Part shown: one piece after another, positions 33,534 through 47,615 of the stretch
Layout of the letters: every line of letters begins with the position of its first letter
How positions within the stretch are numbered: position 1 is the first letter of the stretch
Source: Syncephalis fuscata S228
Taxonomy: Eukaryota > Fungi > Zoopagomycota
Reading direction: 5' to 3'
NCBI GenBank assembly: GCA_025786725.1
Contig: JAHLTZ010000010.1
Coordinates: forward strand, 248,001-312,000
Length of the DNA: 64,000 nucleotides
Notes under the pieces: model-generated
Seen by the model: the letters and a program-made list of their open reading frames with translations, nothing else
Database searches by the model: none
Told to the model about the DNA's origin: nothing
Made by a program: the position numbers and the translations under genes

Positions 33534-36500
33534 ATAAATTGCCTGTGCTTACCTTTTGCACCACGTAATCAGTCTTTCTTTTCATTATTAGGCTACAGAT
33601 GTGCGTGCACACGGGGCGACATAGTTGATGATATATGTGCAGATATTAAGGTTTTCTATTTTTTTTTAGTTTTATCTGTTACTCAAACAGTATATGGTGT
33701 TGTTTGTGTATAGATGGGGACAAAGAGAGAGATAGAGAGAGACGATGGTTATAGCGTCAATAAACACCATCCATCTTTACTAATTGCGTGTAGATATAAT
33801 TTATTCATACAGTATGATAATTTGCGTAATATAGTTTCATCAGTAGATGTAAACAAATATCAAAATATTGACACGCTTTTTCAATGCGTTATTAAAGTAG
33901 TCATGTTGTAACAATTGGATTTATTGTAATCAATAGCCGCATTGTGTTTACATTGCACATGAGCTGTTTGCATCTATAACAACACCAGTTTTATCAATTT
34001 AATCATTTGTTTACTGGCTTATTACAACGCCTTAAGCCAATGTATACATAATGAGGACAACTGTCATTAAATTGCCAACATCTAGTTATGACAGTATTGT
34101 GCTGAGTATAGCTGGAATGTTTTTATGAATCTTGGCCTTAGTGTTTGTGTAGTGAAGCCAATATATTATGATTGGTAAATACAGCAAGGCATGAGATACT
34201 AAACTAGCACTGCAGAGGTTGAGTGCAGACTTGTATCACGCAATATTATGAAACAGGCAGTGTATTGTAATGAGTAAAAACAGCTCTACACTCTAGCACA
34301 TTAATTGACGGGTTGCTATATTTGTTGCTAAAAAATTACTAGTTTCAAGAATAAATAATGCAGTTATAGGAGACAAATATGGTTGGTAGATTGTGATGAT
34401 ATAATATGCAAAAGTACGGTTTTGATATAAAGTATGATGACTGGTTGATTGCTTGAAACGCTAAAGTCCGAGCCATCAAGGGCAGTTATATTTTAGTATG
34501 GCACAATTGAAGATGTTGTTTATTACACCATTCATGACCTAAACAATAAAACACTCTGGCCATGGTTATAGTCATGGAGCACATCTTAGCAGCTGTCAAT
34601 ATGAGATTAAATATAATACACAGCGATTGATTTGCTCAATATTTGATTTAACATTTCAGCAAAGCTATAACTTTTGCAGCAATTTACACACCAGTATCTT
34701 TACGTCATTGATTACAGCTAGTCTGATAAATCAATCAAATGCACTAACAGCTACACACAATTTAAATTTATAAAGTACAAACATTATCATCATGCAATTT
34801 CTCACAACTCTTGTCCCGCATCTTGGCAGTGGTATGGCTTTAGGCAATGGTGACAAACTTACTGGGCACAAGACTATGGCCATAACGACAAACTGCCAGA
34901 GAATTTCCCAAAATGCTAAGAAAACAACAAATTACAGCTAACGTAGAGCAGCGGATAACACTGAACTAGATCAGCATTAAAAGTGCTGAATAATAGAAAT
35001 TATTTAATTACAATTTATGGTATTTGGCTTACTGAGTTTTTGTGAGTATTAGGATAGTCTAAAATGCTATATTTAAATACTGTTATTGTCAGTGTTGCTA
35101 CAATCAAATGGACCAATATGTTTTGAAAAAGTTTACTGTTGAATTTAGTTGTTAATATTAACGTGACATTGTCTACTTGTTGCTTGATGATTTAACATGC
35201 TATAAACAACTGATTTAGACAAACTTAAAATATTACAACTTTAAAAACATTGTATTTAGTTTAATGATTTTAGCAAACAAATAAATGTATAATAGCAATT
35301 AATTATCGTTTACAGATAGTTATTGCAAAGTAGCTATAATAGCAGTGATATATATATATATACTTGACTACTTAGTTCAAATGCAATATAACATACATTG
35401 AGGTTTTAAAGATATGTCTAATTAAATAGCACCAAATACTTATAGTTTTATAATATTTATTGTATAATATTGTTATAGTTTAGTTAATAAAATTGTAACT
35501 TAAATGACCAAGTAACATTTTATCCTGGCATTGTTCTATAAAATCAGTTTCTGATACTTATTAACGCCTAACGCTCAGAATACAATGTGTTGGTTGGCTG
35601 CATTGATTTAATAATAGAACTTGAATGCCTTGTAGTATTTCATCATTAACGTAACATGTTAGTTCAGGTGACTGCTCATATGCTCACAGCTAACAAGTAG
35701 CTACTCATCATGTTGTCGTAATAGGTATTTGTTACTAGTAATCGGTACTAATATTCGATAGATATATTATTCTTGTGATTGATCACATGCAACTTTAACT
35801 GACCATCCAATTACATAATATATCTTTTAGTTACACTTTCACAAGACCCTGTCCGGAATATCAAAGCAGCAACAATATAACTTAAATTTATCACCTAATT
35901 ACATTAGAATCACTCTCTTGAGCTGTTTATAGCTATTAAGAATAGCAAAGGTTATATTTACATCAGTCATAGCTATTAGAAATAACAGATGTTACATTGA
36001 TATGACAATTATAGCTAATTAGAAGCAAGACATTCATATAATTAAAATAATTATAGCCGTTTATATTTATCATAAGTGAATAATTATACAATTATTTTAA
36101 CAATAAAAATAGGCACAATTTTGCATGATGTTACAAACGATTGCAAGCTATTAGTGCAGCTAAAGCATTTATAAATAAATAATTTTATTTTCAAATGCTG
36201 TTTATATTTAGTATAAATCATTAAATAAATGTTTATATAATTATTTCAGCTATAAAGAAGTTAAACGACGTTGTGACTATTCTGCTTAATAAAATAACAA
36301 TCAGATTACTAATGCCATATCACTCATGGTAGATTGGGATGGCAAAAATTGCAAACTCAATAGTAAAGCAATTTATTTAAAAACAAAAGGTAAGATAGTG
36401 TTTATTAGCTATAAATAACATCAGCAAAAAATCTATAATGAATGTAAATGATTGTTTCAACCACTGGAAGATAAGCTATATTGGGCACTGTATCGCATGC

Positions 36501-37855
36501 TTGGAAGTGGATTAATCATATTACGCGTAAATAAATCACGTGATATGCTAATGAATAATTACTATTGCTATGTTTGATAATAGTAAAAGTCAATTTACGC
36601 ACATTTAACACTAGCTAGTCTACAATCTGGTGTCTTTAAACACTAGTATTGTTTATTTTTCCTTTTATAATGAATTTATTTAATAAATTGTAATAATCAA
36701 CAGCAGTTAAAACAAAAAACAGACAGCATTAATCTAAATAGTAGCAGCATTACTACAATTTAGTGTTTATTGTCTCCCAAAAATCGGTATAGAGTAGATC
36801 TTTCTAGGTTGGTCTTCAACACATTGTATGAGTTAATGTTTTTATTGACTTCCCAAAGCTCATATAATTATTGTTTTAGTATTATATATTGCAAAACCGG
36901 TCTACACACATCTTGTTTGTATTCGATATTTCTCTCAAAACCAATCATAAGCGCTTTGAATCACGCGCCACAAGTGCATGAACCTATAGGCTTTCAGCTT
37001 TAAACATTCTTCTTTTAGTAGCTTTTGCCGCTTTGTCCACGTAATTTGCTAGTTCAAAAGTATCAAGTGTTCGTCACACCATTCGATTTATGGCACTGCA
37101 TGCAGTAGAGGCATATGCGTACACAGTACGTATGAAAGCCGAGCCTTTGCTTCAATGGCATTTTTTGCCTGCAGTCCAATGTCGTCACGTTTCTTGGACT
37201 TGTTTAATACCTGTTTTCACTATTTTCACTATTCATCTATTTCTGTTCCTTATTCATCCACTTTTCTTCTATTCTATTTATCACTTACACTACAGTCGTT
37301 ATAACAGCTTTCTTCGCCCTGTCCTCTTTCCACGCGTTCCCCGTTGTTCACCACCTTTTTTTGGACACTATCACCTGTTAAAATTTCTTAAATAGTCCTC
37401 GGCTACTTGGTGCGGGGCATACCAGATTTCCTTCTCTTGCGCCGTAGTCGTTTGTGTGTCGTTGCCGTCGTTTACTTTGCCGTATTCAACTAGAGGCCAT
37501 TTCATATCTTTAGTGCCTATTTTTTTGTCATTGGCAACAATAGCGATAGCCATAGCGCAGTAGCATTATTTTTATTGGCCTTTTTGTTCTGGCCGTTCAG
37601 TTTTTTTTCAAACTTTGAGGTGAGCAGCAATTGATTGTAGCGTGGATTTCTGCTACTGTCGTCGTGCTGTGGCGCCTTAACAGCTTGTCCATACCATCCA
37701 ACCCAAAACACTAAGCAATTATATACTTACATATCATTTCCAGCTATTCTTTAGTGGCATCGACCTTTTACTGTTGATTCCGTACAAGCCTATATTTACA
37801 GTCTCTTTCTTCTTTCCTTTTTGTGCTCACGAGATATAGAATTATTTTACACATT

Positions 37856-38887
37856 ATGGCAAGTATTAACACAGTCCCCTCAGGCAACGCTTTATTGATG
37901 GTGGCCGTTGTCCCACTTCCCTTATCCCTACACTCATGGCTAAGTGCGGGCGGTGCCGGCAATGTGCCATCGGGGCATCCTTTTACCAAGACGGAGGCAC
38001 CTTTTATGCCAATGTCGACGGCAACACCGACCAAACAGCAACAGCAACAGCAACAACAACAGACACCGCCACCCAATCCGCCAATGGCTGGCCTTCAGGG
38101 CACGCTATGGGATTTAGTTCGTCGTCTTCAAAGCAGTCTAAGTGAAGAAGACTATGAGACGGCGCGCGCTGTGTTTGGTGCTGATAAAGAAGGCAATATT
38201 AGTTTACAGTTGCCTTCGTGGACATGGCCTGAATTGCCATGGTATGCGACGCGTGAAGGTGTTAGCGATGCACTCGATACTCTACGTCAGCGTATGCCAG
38301 CTTTTGTAGGCGCAACTGCATGTTCGGCAGCTATTGCCTACCGTCAACCGCGCTTAGGCCTAAGTTATGCAGCTGGTCGTCTACGCACTGGACTAGGTCC
38401 GTGGATTGGCACAACTATGGCCAGTGCAATTTCTAAGCCTGCCGCGATGATGACAGCAGCAGGCGGTCTACCACTACTATTGGTAGCACTACCTACTTAT
38501 TATACTTATCTGGTATTTTCAGAGGCAGGTCGCATTGCACTTGAGCTAGGCACCGATGCACGCCAATTGACAACCATTGCACAAATGATTGTTAGTCGAT
38601 GCGAGCCAGTATTTCGCGCTGCCGATGGCCTGCCTGCTGATGTTGCTATGCGCGTTATCGCACTTGGCCTTAAACAACATTTACCCGAACATGTAGCATC
38701 TGTCGTTAAACAGGCTGTTTACGTCAGCAGTCTAACTGGCAATATGTCCACGCGTCTTACTCAAGTTCTTGAGGCCGCTGCCGAATGGGCCCATGGCGAG
38801 CAAGGTCGTCAAATGCTCGATCAACTTGTGCGTATTACCGAAACAACCGATGCTAAACAAAGTTCCAAAACACCTTGTGCAGCTTAG
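37856..38887 (+). CDS. Hypothetical protein with poly-Gln tract and a hydrophobic segment
   Basis: Intronless GC-richer ORF of ~340 aa. No family recognised. Confidence 0.7.
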   Translation: MASINTVPSGNALLMVAVVPLPLSLHSWLSAGGAGNVPSGHPFTKTEAPFMPMSTATPTKQQQQQQQQQTPPPNPPMAGLQGTLWDLVRRLQSSLSEEDYETARAVFGADKEGNISLQLPSWTWPELPWYATREGVSDALDTLRQRMPAFVGATACSAAIAYRQPRLGLSYAAGRLRTGLGPWIGTTMASAISKPAAMMTAAGGLPLLLVALPTYYTYLVFSEAGRIALELGTDARQLTTIAQMIVSRCEPVFRAADGLPADVAMRVIALGLKQHLPEHVASVVKQAVYVSSLTGNMSTRLTQVLEAAAEWAHGEQGRQMLDQLVRITETTDAKQSSKTPCAA

Positions 38888-39789
38888 CTAACAAACTAAC
38901 AATTCAAATTTCATATTATACTTCACAAAACTATCTTTTATATTGTTCTAACCAGGCAGTCAGATATTTGCGCTGACTTGACGGCATTATTTATGCTAAG
39001 TGCTATTAACGATTATCTTTATTTAGTAATGATTTTAAGAAGTAACCAATAAATTTCATATAAATGAATTTTCAAAAATTAACAAAGCTATCAAACGCTA
39101 TTGCGTAAGTGTTACAAAGTAAAATATGGAATATGGAATAAAACATTTGGTAAGAACATCTTGATTAAACACAATAATTGAAAGTGTTAAAAAGACGCAT
39201 TTTATTGAATTAACATTGAAACACCTGATTAAGCTATTTTTCATACTTCTCTCCTTACTTGCTCGCTTGACTAGCGTTATATCATTACGCTACTGGTGTC
39301 ATAGCAGTGCTTTTCTAGCTAAATTGCATTCTTTTGGCCAATGATTTTTGCAAAGATCATTGTTCTGTATTTTATGCCCAACTGTTCAGCTTAGCATGGA
39401 GAACATGAGACCGGCAATTACTTTGCTGTATTTTAATTATATAAGTTATAAACGGTAAAAAACTGATATTTTTGCATATTTATTAGCGTATTATTGCAGT
39501 TATTGCATCATTATGCAATACAATAACAGTATACTTTGTCAGTAGCTATTTATATGTCACAAGTATATTTGTACAAAATATCATACAAGTTACTTGATTA
39601 TACGTAAAATTGTACATAATCTTATTAAAATTTAATTAATTAATTATTTCTATTACTTTTTAACTTACACATTGTCAAATCTTATCATCTAAGTACACTA
39701 TAATTATTCTTTTAAAATATTCATGCTTACTAGAAATAACAAAATAATTTAGTCTCACAGTGTTCATGACTATTGTACATAAATGCTAT

Positions 39790-39945
39790 TACATAATGTT
39801 AGTTTTGGTATTTGCTAATGATTACTTTGACGCCCATAATACATAGTGCTGATTAATTACTATTGCTTTTAATAATCAATTTATTCCTAGTCTATTATTG
39901 AGTATTACGGTTTAACTATAATAAGCTAAATAGCTTTGTAGAAAA
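39790..39945. repeat. Dispersed repeat, copy of 18050-18215
   Basis: Direct-orientation similarity as described for the first copy. Confidence 0.7.
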
Positions 39946-40141
39946 AAAGAAATTAGAACCATTATTGTCTTTATTCCTATTAACAAGGCTATCATTTTAT
40001 AGTCAATATAGCAAATAATAAAAGGTAAATGATCTTTACTATTGTAGCCTTATTACAGTAGCATTTTATTTTACATTATTGATCATGCATGCCAAATAAA
40101 TTATTAGTATAAATAAATTAATAATTTATTATATTTTGTTA

Positions 40142-41939
40142 TTACGATTCATTAGCTGAAATATTAAAATTAAAACAAAAGCCTGAAGATTCAGATTCCT
40201 TAGGATCGCTATCCTCTTTTTTATCATCTACAAAGGAAAAGCAGAACCCGGTTGTTGAGTCATTGCTCAAATTTGACGACTGTGCTGACTCGTCTTTTGA
40301 CCTTAATTGGGCCCACCAACTAGATTTCTCTTTAGCAGCAGCAATACGTAATCGACGCGCTTCGGCTGCTTCTCGTTCTGTTTCGATAATAGCCGACATT
40401 TCATCAGGAAATGCGCGTATAAGTGAATTGCAAAATCGTGCGTACATTTGAGCCCGTTCAATATCACCACTATCAGGCGATGTTGTGTCAGCTATGCCGC
40501 ATTCTTCGTCCGCAATGCCTCGTAGTCCACTAATTTGGCATGGCCGATCACGTAGGAATGCTAGCACCTCGCTAAGATTGCTACGGCTTACATAGTTTTG
40601 AGTGACCGCTACCGAAAATTCTAAATTAATAACACAATGCCACCAGCCGCGTGGCACAAACATAATTTCACCAGTACGACAAACACATTCAAGCGGCGGG
40701 TTCTTCATCCGACGCGCTTCGGCATAGTAATGATGAAACCACTCCATAACTGAAACAGGCGCGGTTACTTCCGATTCATCTGGCAATAACAAAAACAGCT
40801 TATTAGCTGTATTGAAACTAACGCAGTCGTTGTGAAATTACCTTCAGTTGCATAAACGCCAGGCGGCATTGTTTCTGGCGGAAATAAAATCCATTTTTTG
40901 GCACCCGATACAACGGCATTCCAGGCAGAGGTGGCGTTTGGATCTTTATGAAATGTTGAGCCACTACGAGCCGGCCCAACAATAAGCCAGCGATAATCAG
41001 GCCGTTTATCATTGCCAAGATGCGAAAATAAATCTTCACTGAAATAATTTGGTACTGTAAATTCTTTTTGCATTTTTACGCAGCGATCAGTAAAGCCTCG
41101 GTCAAAAAGATAAAGAGGCGATTCATCTTGCTGGGCCTCGGCATAAGCCCAATAGTCAGCTAGAGTGATATCGACTTTTTCCGCACGGAAATGTGTATCG
41201 CCGTAATTGGCTAACAGCTGGTCTTGCGTCCATGCCTTCAGTGCTGGCCAGTCCCGAGCACCATCGGCAATAATAACAGGTCGGTTCGGCTGTTCATACT
41301 CACGTACAAACGCATCTAAACTTAGATCGTGGCGACGATCGACTGTTTCTGGCGCACTGGCGCCGACAAATGCATCCAAGTCGACGGCTGCGTAGTGCCA
41401 TGGTCGAAACAGTGTATCCGAGTACATCCACTGGACCTGCACTGGATCGACCATTTTGTTTTTGCCACAATTATTTGAAGAATAACAATTAATGAAAGTT
41501 ACACGCCAACTTGTGCTATAATGGAATCGGCCGTTAAATGTATCAAGTACACGATCTTTCCAGTTTTCTTCGTGTCGAGCAAAAACATATAGCGCTTTGC
41601 TTATCGGTTCCAACTGAGCTAGTATCACGGCTGGTAGTTGTTGGCATATTTGGAGAATAAGTTCGTCAGGAAATCGTGCAAAACGTCCAAGACCAAGCGT
41701 ACGTGTATCACGAAAAGTATTAAATTTTCTTGCTGCTCAGCAGCCGTTGCCTCAGCAATATCAAGAAAACGATTTCCTTCAGGACGAACGCCCAGTGGAT
41801 GTGGTGGACATGCGGCGACCAGTTGGCGCTGTAGTACTTTATCCCGTGAAAAATCCAAGTTGTCTACGAAGCTTGCGGAATGAGCCGTCGACAAGCCGTT
41901 GGCTGTTTGAGCAATGCGTTGTTTTTTTGCAGAAAACAT
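40142..41939 (-). CDS. F-box + JmjC domain protein (JMJD6-like oxygenase)
   Basis: HPLGVRPEGN; F-box GRFARFPDELILQI (after restoring 1 nt near 41725); RPDYRWLIVGPARSGSTFHKDPNATSAWN; FVPRGWWHCVINL. One intron near 40772-40842. Confidence 0.9.
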
Positions 41940-42539
41940 TTTGCGGAAAAAAAGAATACGTGAAACATATTGTAATTACAATTACCATTAATCTCGTTAT
42001 TTTCAACTCCGTGCTTTGCGGCCATTAATGGCAACAGAGCATGATAATAAATATACACTGTTTGATTTTTATGTTCTATCTATTGCATATAATGCTTAAC
42101 ATTCTAGTAATGAATAACCTATTATTTAAAACACCATTTGACTATTTGATTTGTATTATTGCTCATTCATCAAATAAACGGATGTTTTGTAAATATAGCA
42201 TATTATAATTAGTTACATCCAATATAGTTGCATCTAAACTACTCATTTTAACAATAATATTAGTATTTTACTTATTTTAATGTTATTACACTAATAAATA
42301 TATGTCGCGCTTTATTTTGTTTTTAATTTTAAGTTTAAGCTTTTGTCCCTGACATTTGCTAATTAAATACAATAAAATGTTTTCATGGCATATATGGTAC
42401 ATTATTTAAATTATTAATTTACATTGCCTTTACGATCAAAGCATTAAATTACATTGCGATTTGGTGGTCAAATAGCCTTTTGCCAACATTGAAGTAAGTG
42501 AATTAAATATTTTTTTATTGAACATAGTACCGGGTGATA

Positions 42540-43530
42540 AATGACATCAATCATCAAAATACTTGTTGCAATATCAAAATTAAAAATACATAATCCCAAG
42601 TCATTGTCTAGCGAATAAAACAAGCCAAAGTGAGAGGATTATAGGAAATGAATATGCTATAGATTTCCTACACAAGCTCCGCATTGATTTACCAGAACGA
42701 TGGATACAGAAAACCAAACGCTAGATGCCAACAAAGTGGATACAAGCTTCTCCAACTAAATGGATCTTGTTTTATTACCAAAATTGCTGGCACAGAAACC
42801 TTATTACATTATACGGACAATCTATCAGTACGATAAAAAGCTGACCAATTATCCGATCTGTTGTATCAAATGCTTAAAGGCACGGATTATTTAAATGTTA
42901 AATTGTCCTAAAAATAATATTTAGAACCCAGACTTTTGAATCTTGCTGGTATAATCTGCAACGACATGTGGCCTGATAGTAAGTAACTTATTATATTTTT
43001 ATTAAGAATTTAGCCTAACTAGTTATAGGCGTAATGGTTTCTAAAATCACAGATAATAAAATTGGAGTTACACTCATTGACTGTGATTTAAGTACATTGT
43101 TGATGCCAAAAATCATAAAGCTACGATAGAACGAGTGGGAATTCGATTGCTTAAAAGTCTAAATAATCCAGATAAAATCAAGATATGCTTTTAAAAAATG
43201 CTTGAGCAGTTGGTACCTTTTTTCATCATGTTTTACCAGACCAAATGCCCACATATGGTGTCTTCTCGGTCGTTCCATCTCAAATGGCTAGATCTATGAA
43301 GCAAACAATAACAGTTACATATCTGCCAGTAACGAGCAATTCAGAACAACAACGGATTTGAAGTTCATTGATTAAAATGATTAATCAGCTTATGGTTACT
43401 GATCCAAAACTTTAGTTTACTGCAAAAAAGTTTATATATATATATATATCCTTAGTCAGGAGCTTTAACGATTTAGATTGATTAGACTATTCACCAGCTG
43501 GCTTTAGTAAAATGACTAAGCTAACGAGTA
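42540..43530 (+). pseudogene. Decayed protein kinase-like gene
   Basis: Fragments LYQMLKGTDYLN, GIICNDMWPD and VTLIDCD resemble kinase subdomains VIa, VIb and VII. Multiple stops and frameshifts; boundaries approximate. Confidence 0.55.
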
Positions 43531-43731
43531 CTACACTAGCAAAATATCATTATTTTAATAAACGCTTTTTTCACTAGATATTTAAATAAGCAATTCCTTG
43601 TAAGTATGAAAAAACGCCGACTTTAATGATGTAATTTAAAATCATTGTAATGTGGTAAATCATAAGCATAAATGTAGTAGAAGCGGATAACATGGATAAG
43701 AGAGCAATGAATATGATCAAATAAGACTAAA

Positions 43732-45404
43732 TCAATTATAACGAATAAACACGCACACGTTCGATACGTTGTCGTCGATCTGGTGTGCGTCCAAAGCCTT
43801 CAAAGCAGCGTCGTTTAACCGTAGACTGGCTGTGCTTGCGTCTACGCCAGAGTCAGAACGAGCCTCATTGTCCACGAACGAGGCTACCTCCTGGCTGCTC
43901 ATACCATCCCACACGCCATCGGTAGCGAGAATAAGATAACAATCGTCAGGAGATAGTTCGCGTACTTGCACCTCTGGCTCGCATAAAACACCTAAGCGTT
44001 GTGCTGTACATAATTAGTGTTAGTATGATCAATTTATTCAATATTCATCGCACTTTTGCACTACTTACCAACATCATCACCAAGCGAACGGCTGACAACA
44101 ATTCTGTAGTTTAAATTAACAAATAAATCAATTAATTAATAACAAAACTATATTCCATGATAATTACTTACCCAGGATAAGGAAGCGATCCTTTAAAGAT
44201 TCTCAACGGACCTATTATGTACATTAAACAGTTAAATTGATATAATTAGTTCATTGTACGTATACGGTATTATTTGTATGAATGTTTACCTTGTTTTGTG
44301 CCGTTTTCCTGTAATTGCTGAACACGAGCACCAGAGCGTAAAACTCTATCAAGCTCTTGTGGATCCGCACAGTTATGATCGCTATTAAAATGATTAATTA
44401 TTACTGCTTCATTAAACAGCACATAGTCCAAACAGCCTACCTTGTTAGACTAATAGCTTGAATGTCTGGTCTATCTCCCGGTGCGGCCGAGGGGCTGAAG
44501 ACACGACGGCCTAGAATAACACGACTGTCGCCCAAATGGGCCAATATTAATTGATTACCACGGCGAATAACTACTGAAGCAGTTGTTCCACTCATATAAG
44601 TATCAACGTCTTCATTCTCAACCAGCAAATCATTCACTTCACGGAATGCCCGCTTAATTGCAGTTGCCGGTTCAACAATCAATAATTGTCGATAATTCTC
44701 TAACACCTCAAGAAAGACCTTTTTTACAAAAGTTGCCGCCTTATGGCCCTTTTAATATTACATAGCAATCAACAACAATAACAGAATCATTAATAAGCTT
44801 AGTCAATGCCACCAATAATACACTTACTTCAGAGCCATGGCCGTCAAAGACAGCATACAAGGCGCAGTCATCTTGGCCAAAAAGATTCTCTGCAATAAGC
44901 GTTTCATCTTGCTGCAATTCATTTACATATCGTTATTTAAAACATGTACTATCTTTAGCGCCATTATACAGAAAACATTGTATTATGCTGTCGATGTCAA
45001 CTTACGTTCTTATCACGCTTTCCCACTGCAGTTGCAGTGCCCGACGAGAAATGGAATGATCTTGCCTTGGGTTGTGTACGGAAATTAAGCCGTTTAAATA
45101 GCATATCGGTAGAGGAATCATGGCCAATAGCGGCCGATGCCGTCGATGGCAGTCCCAAAAGTGATGGTGACGGTGACCGTGCCGTGACAAACGGTGAAGT
45201 GAATGCCACAGGCGAGGCAAGTGGTGAGTTGCTTGCCGAAGAGGTAGTGCTAGCAGCGCGGGACTCAGCCGCACGTACTGCTAACACCAGTCTAAGATTT
45301 CCTTCTCGGAAAGACTCGCTCTGTCCACGATTGGTGCTCAAAGAAGATGCAGAAGCGTGAGCCGCATGGCGCAAATAGTTGGCGAGTGAGTGGACACTGG
45401 ACAT
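43732..45404 (-). CDS. Protein phosphatase 2C (multi-exon)
   Basis: YAVFDGHG, SGTTA, AHLGDSR, SRSLGD, ILATDGVWD and DDNVS motifs across GT..AG-bounded exons. Confidence 0.93.
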
Positions 45405-47615
45405 AGTTACTTAAACGTGTTGTCTATGCTGCGTAAAAAATGTTAATGCACAGGCATACGACTATCAAATAACAAACCTTCTAAAAATAGTATATGAAAC
45501 AAATAGCCTTGTCAATGCAAGGTGTGAACTGGGTCGGCAGCGAAGGGCCGTTCTATCCACGAATTCTAAATAGTATCCAAATCGAATTGAAGTGAATAGC
45601 AAAGGAGAAGGAAAGAGAAGACCAAATAATGCACCAGCGCGTCTATGCAAGCAGTACGTTGAAACTAGGTAGCGTTTTAGCTATGCTAGCGTATCCTACG
45701 CAATCTAGTTAACACTGTGTTGTATCCTAGCCAATATGGTAGCTGCCTCCCACTCTCAAGTCTATAACTATTGCTCAATCTTACCTATTCAACGGACAGG
45801 CAAAAAATACAAATGTCTGGGCAATTGGTTATTGTGACGTGGTCTATAAACAAACAGTAGAAAGTAAGCTGGTGCCAGTATACTAGAGAAGTAAAAGTGG
45901 GAACCAAGGGAGAAAAAGGCACATCAAAGGACTAAACGAAGATGTGTGGGCAGTTTAAAGAACGAAAACAGGCTGGGACAAATCTCACCTGTCTTTTAAA
46001 ATAAAATATAATAAAAATGGCTGTCGTCGTAGTGTTGTAGTAGTGGCTGTATAATAAACTATACTTTATCTCTTATAGCTATAAATTTAATCGTAGTGGC
46101 TGTGTATAGTAGCTGTTGCAATAGCAGTATCAGTAATAGTAGTAATAAAAGCAATAGCCGTAGCTTGAAGCGGTAGTAGAATCAATGGTGAAAGGAAACG
46201 ATAGGTAGCGTAAAACGAAAGTTAGCAGTACGTCAAAATAGGATGATTAAGCGAAGGATGAAGAGGAAGATGCAGGTAGAAACAGACAGACAGGTAGAGA
46301 GAAAGTTCAACTGCAAGTAGGTTGTGCGCGCAATAAAGCTGAATGCGAGTTGCGTTCCAGTGTATCGCGCAAATAAGTTAGATACGCTGTATATAAGCAA
46401 ACGTCAATAAACAACGATAGCCGTGTGCAAGCGTGTAATCGAAAGGAGTAAAAGGGATGAATTTACTTGACAAGCGCTAGCAACACTCGTCGGAATATTA
46501 AAAAGTGCCAGCAATACTTGAACAACAGTCGACCGGTCTGTCAGTCAATCAGCGAATGTCAACAACACATGTTCATATGAACTCAGCCCGTCAAGTGGCC
46601 AAGCACATGCTCGCCTATATTTACTTACGATGGCCAAGGAATTACCGGAAACAAAAAGAGCAACAGACGTAGTGTTGTGTGGTCAATGCTGCCACGTTGC
46701 TGGGCCTGTCCGTGTATCTGTGCCTATTTTTTTAATTCTTCTTCCTTGTAGCTTTGACGTGCAGATTCGTCTTTCAAGACAGCCATCGCCTAAATGAGTT
46801 AATATGATTACTACAGCCATTACTACTATTATTATAACTATCACAGCTATCACAGCTATCACAGCTATCAAAGCTAGTATTCTCGCCTTCACCCTTCTTT
46901 ATCCTTTTCCTTGGTTGTAGCTAAAGACATGCTTCTATAAATGTGTGAATACCCTTGTTTTCCATCCTTGTTCAGCGACCACATGGTCAAGCTTTTATCG
47001 TGGTCCTTACTAAAACAAGTAGCTGCCAATGGCCGCACTTAGCGGTGTGCCCATTTCCTTGTATATATAGTAGATAAGACCCTTATTTGGTACTACTAGA
47101 ACACAATAAAGCAGCGATTAAAATAAACAAACAAATAGAATACACTGCATGTGAGCCTATGTATCCATCTATCTGCCTGTGTGTGACCATAGTCTGTTTT
47201 ACGCAGTCTTTCTTAATAAGAATACTAGAAAGTATTAACTTGTTTATCGTGTCACCAACACGAATACACGTAGACATTGATACAACACACAGTAGCCATA
47301 CACAAAAGGCGAGGAATCTGGCTTGTTATCAGTATTTCCGTTATCACCAATAATAATAATAATACAATGATAATACAATAACAATGCAATAACAATAGTA
47401 ACATATTTATTTTTGTTTGTTTCTTTTACTTAAATTCTTACCATTTTAAAGTCTTTGTTTGTCATCTTGGTCGTCTATTGTGTTATACTTTGTGGCTCCT
47501 TACCAATAACGGGCAAGCAGTAGTAATTAGTGACCAAAGCATCGTTCATTCTTATTTTGTACTTGTACGTGTACGAGCGTGGACGTGAACTTCATTTTTG
47601 TAAACAGCCGTAAGC

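Noticed and set aside
34792-34941. Short ORF MQFLTTLV... as another secreted peptide gene
   Set aside because: The hydrophobic leader is not sustained in frame, and there is no micro-exon array or other support.
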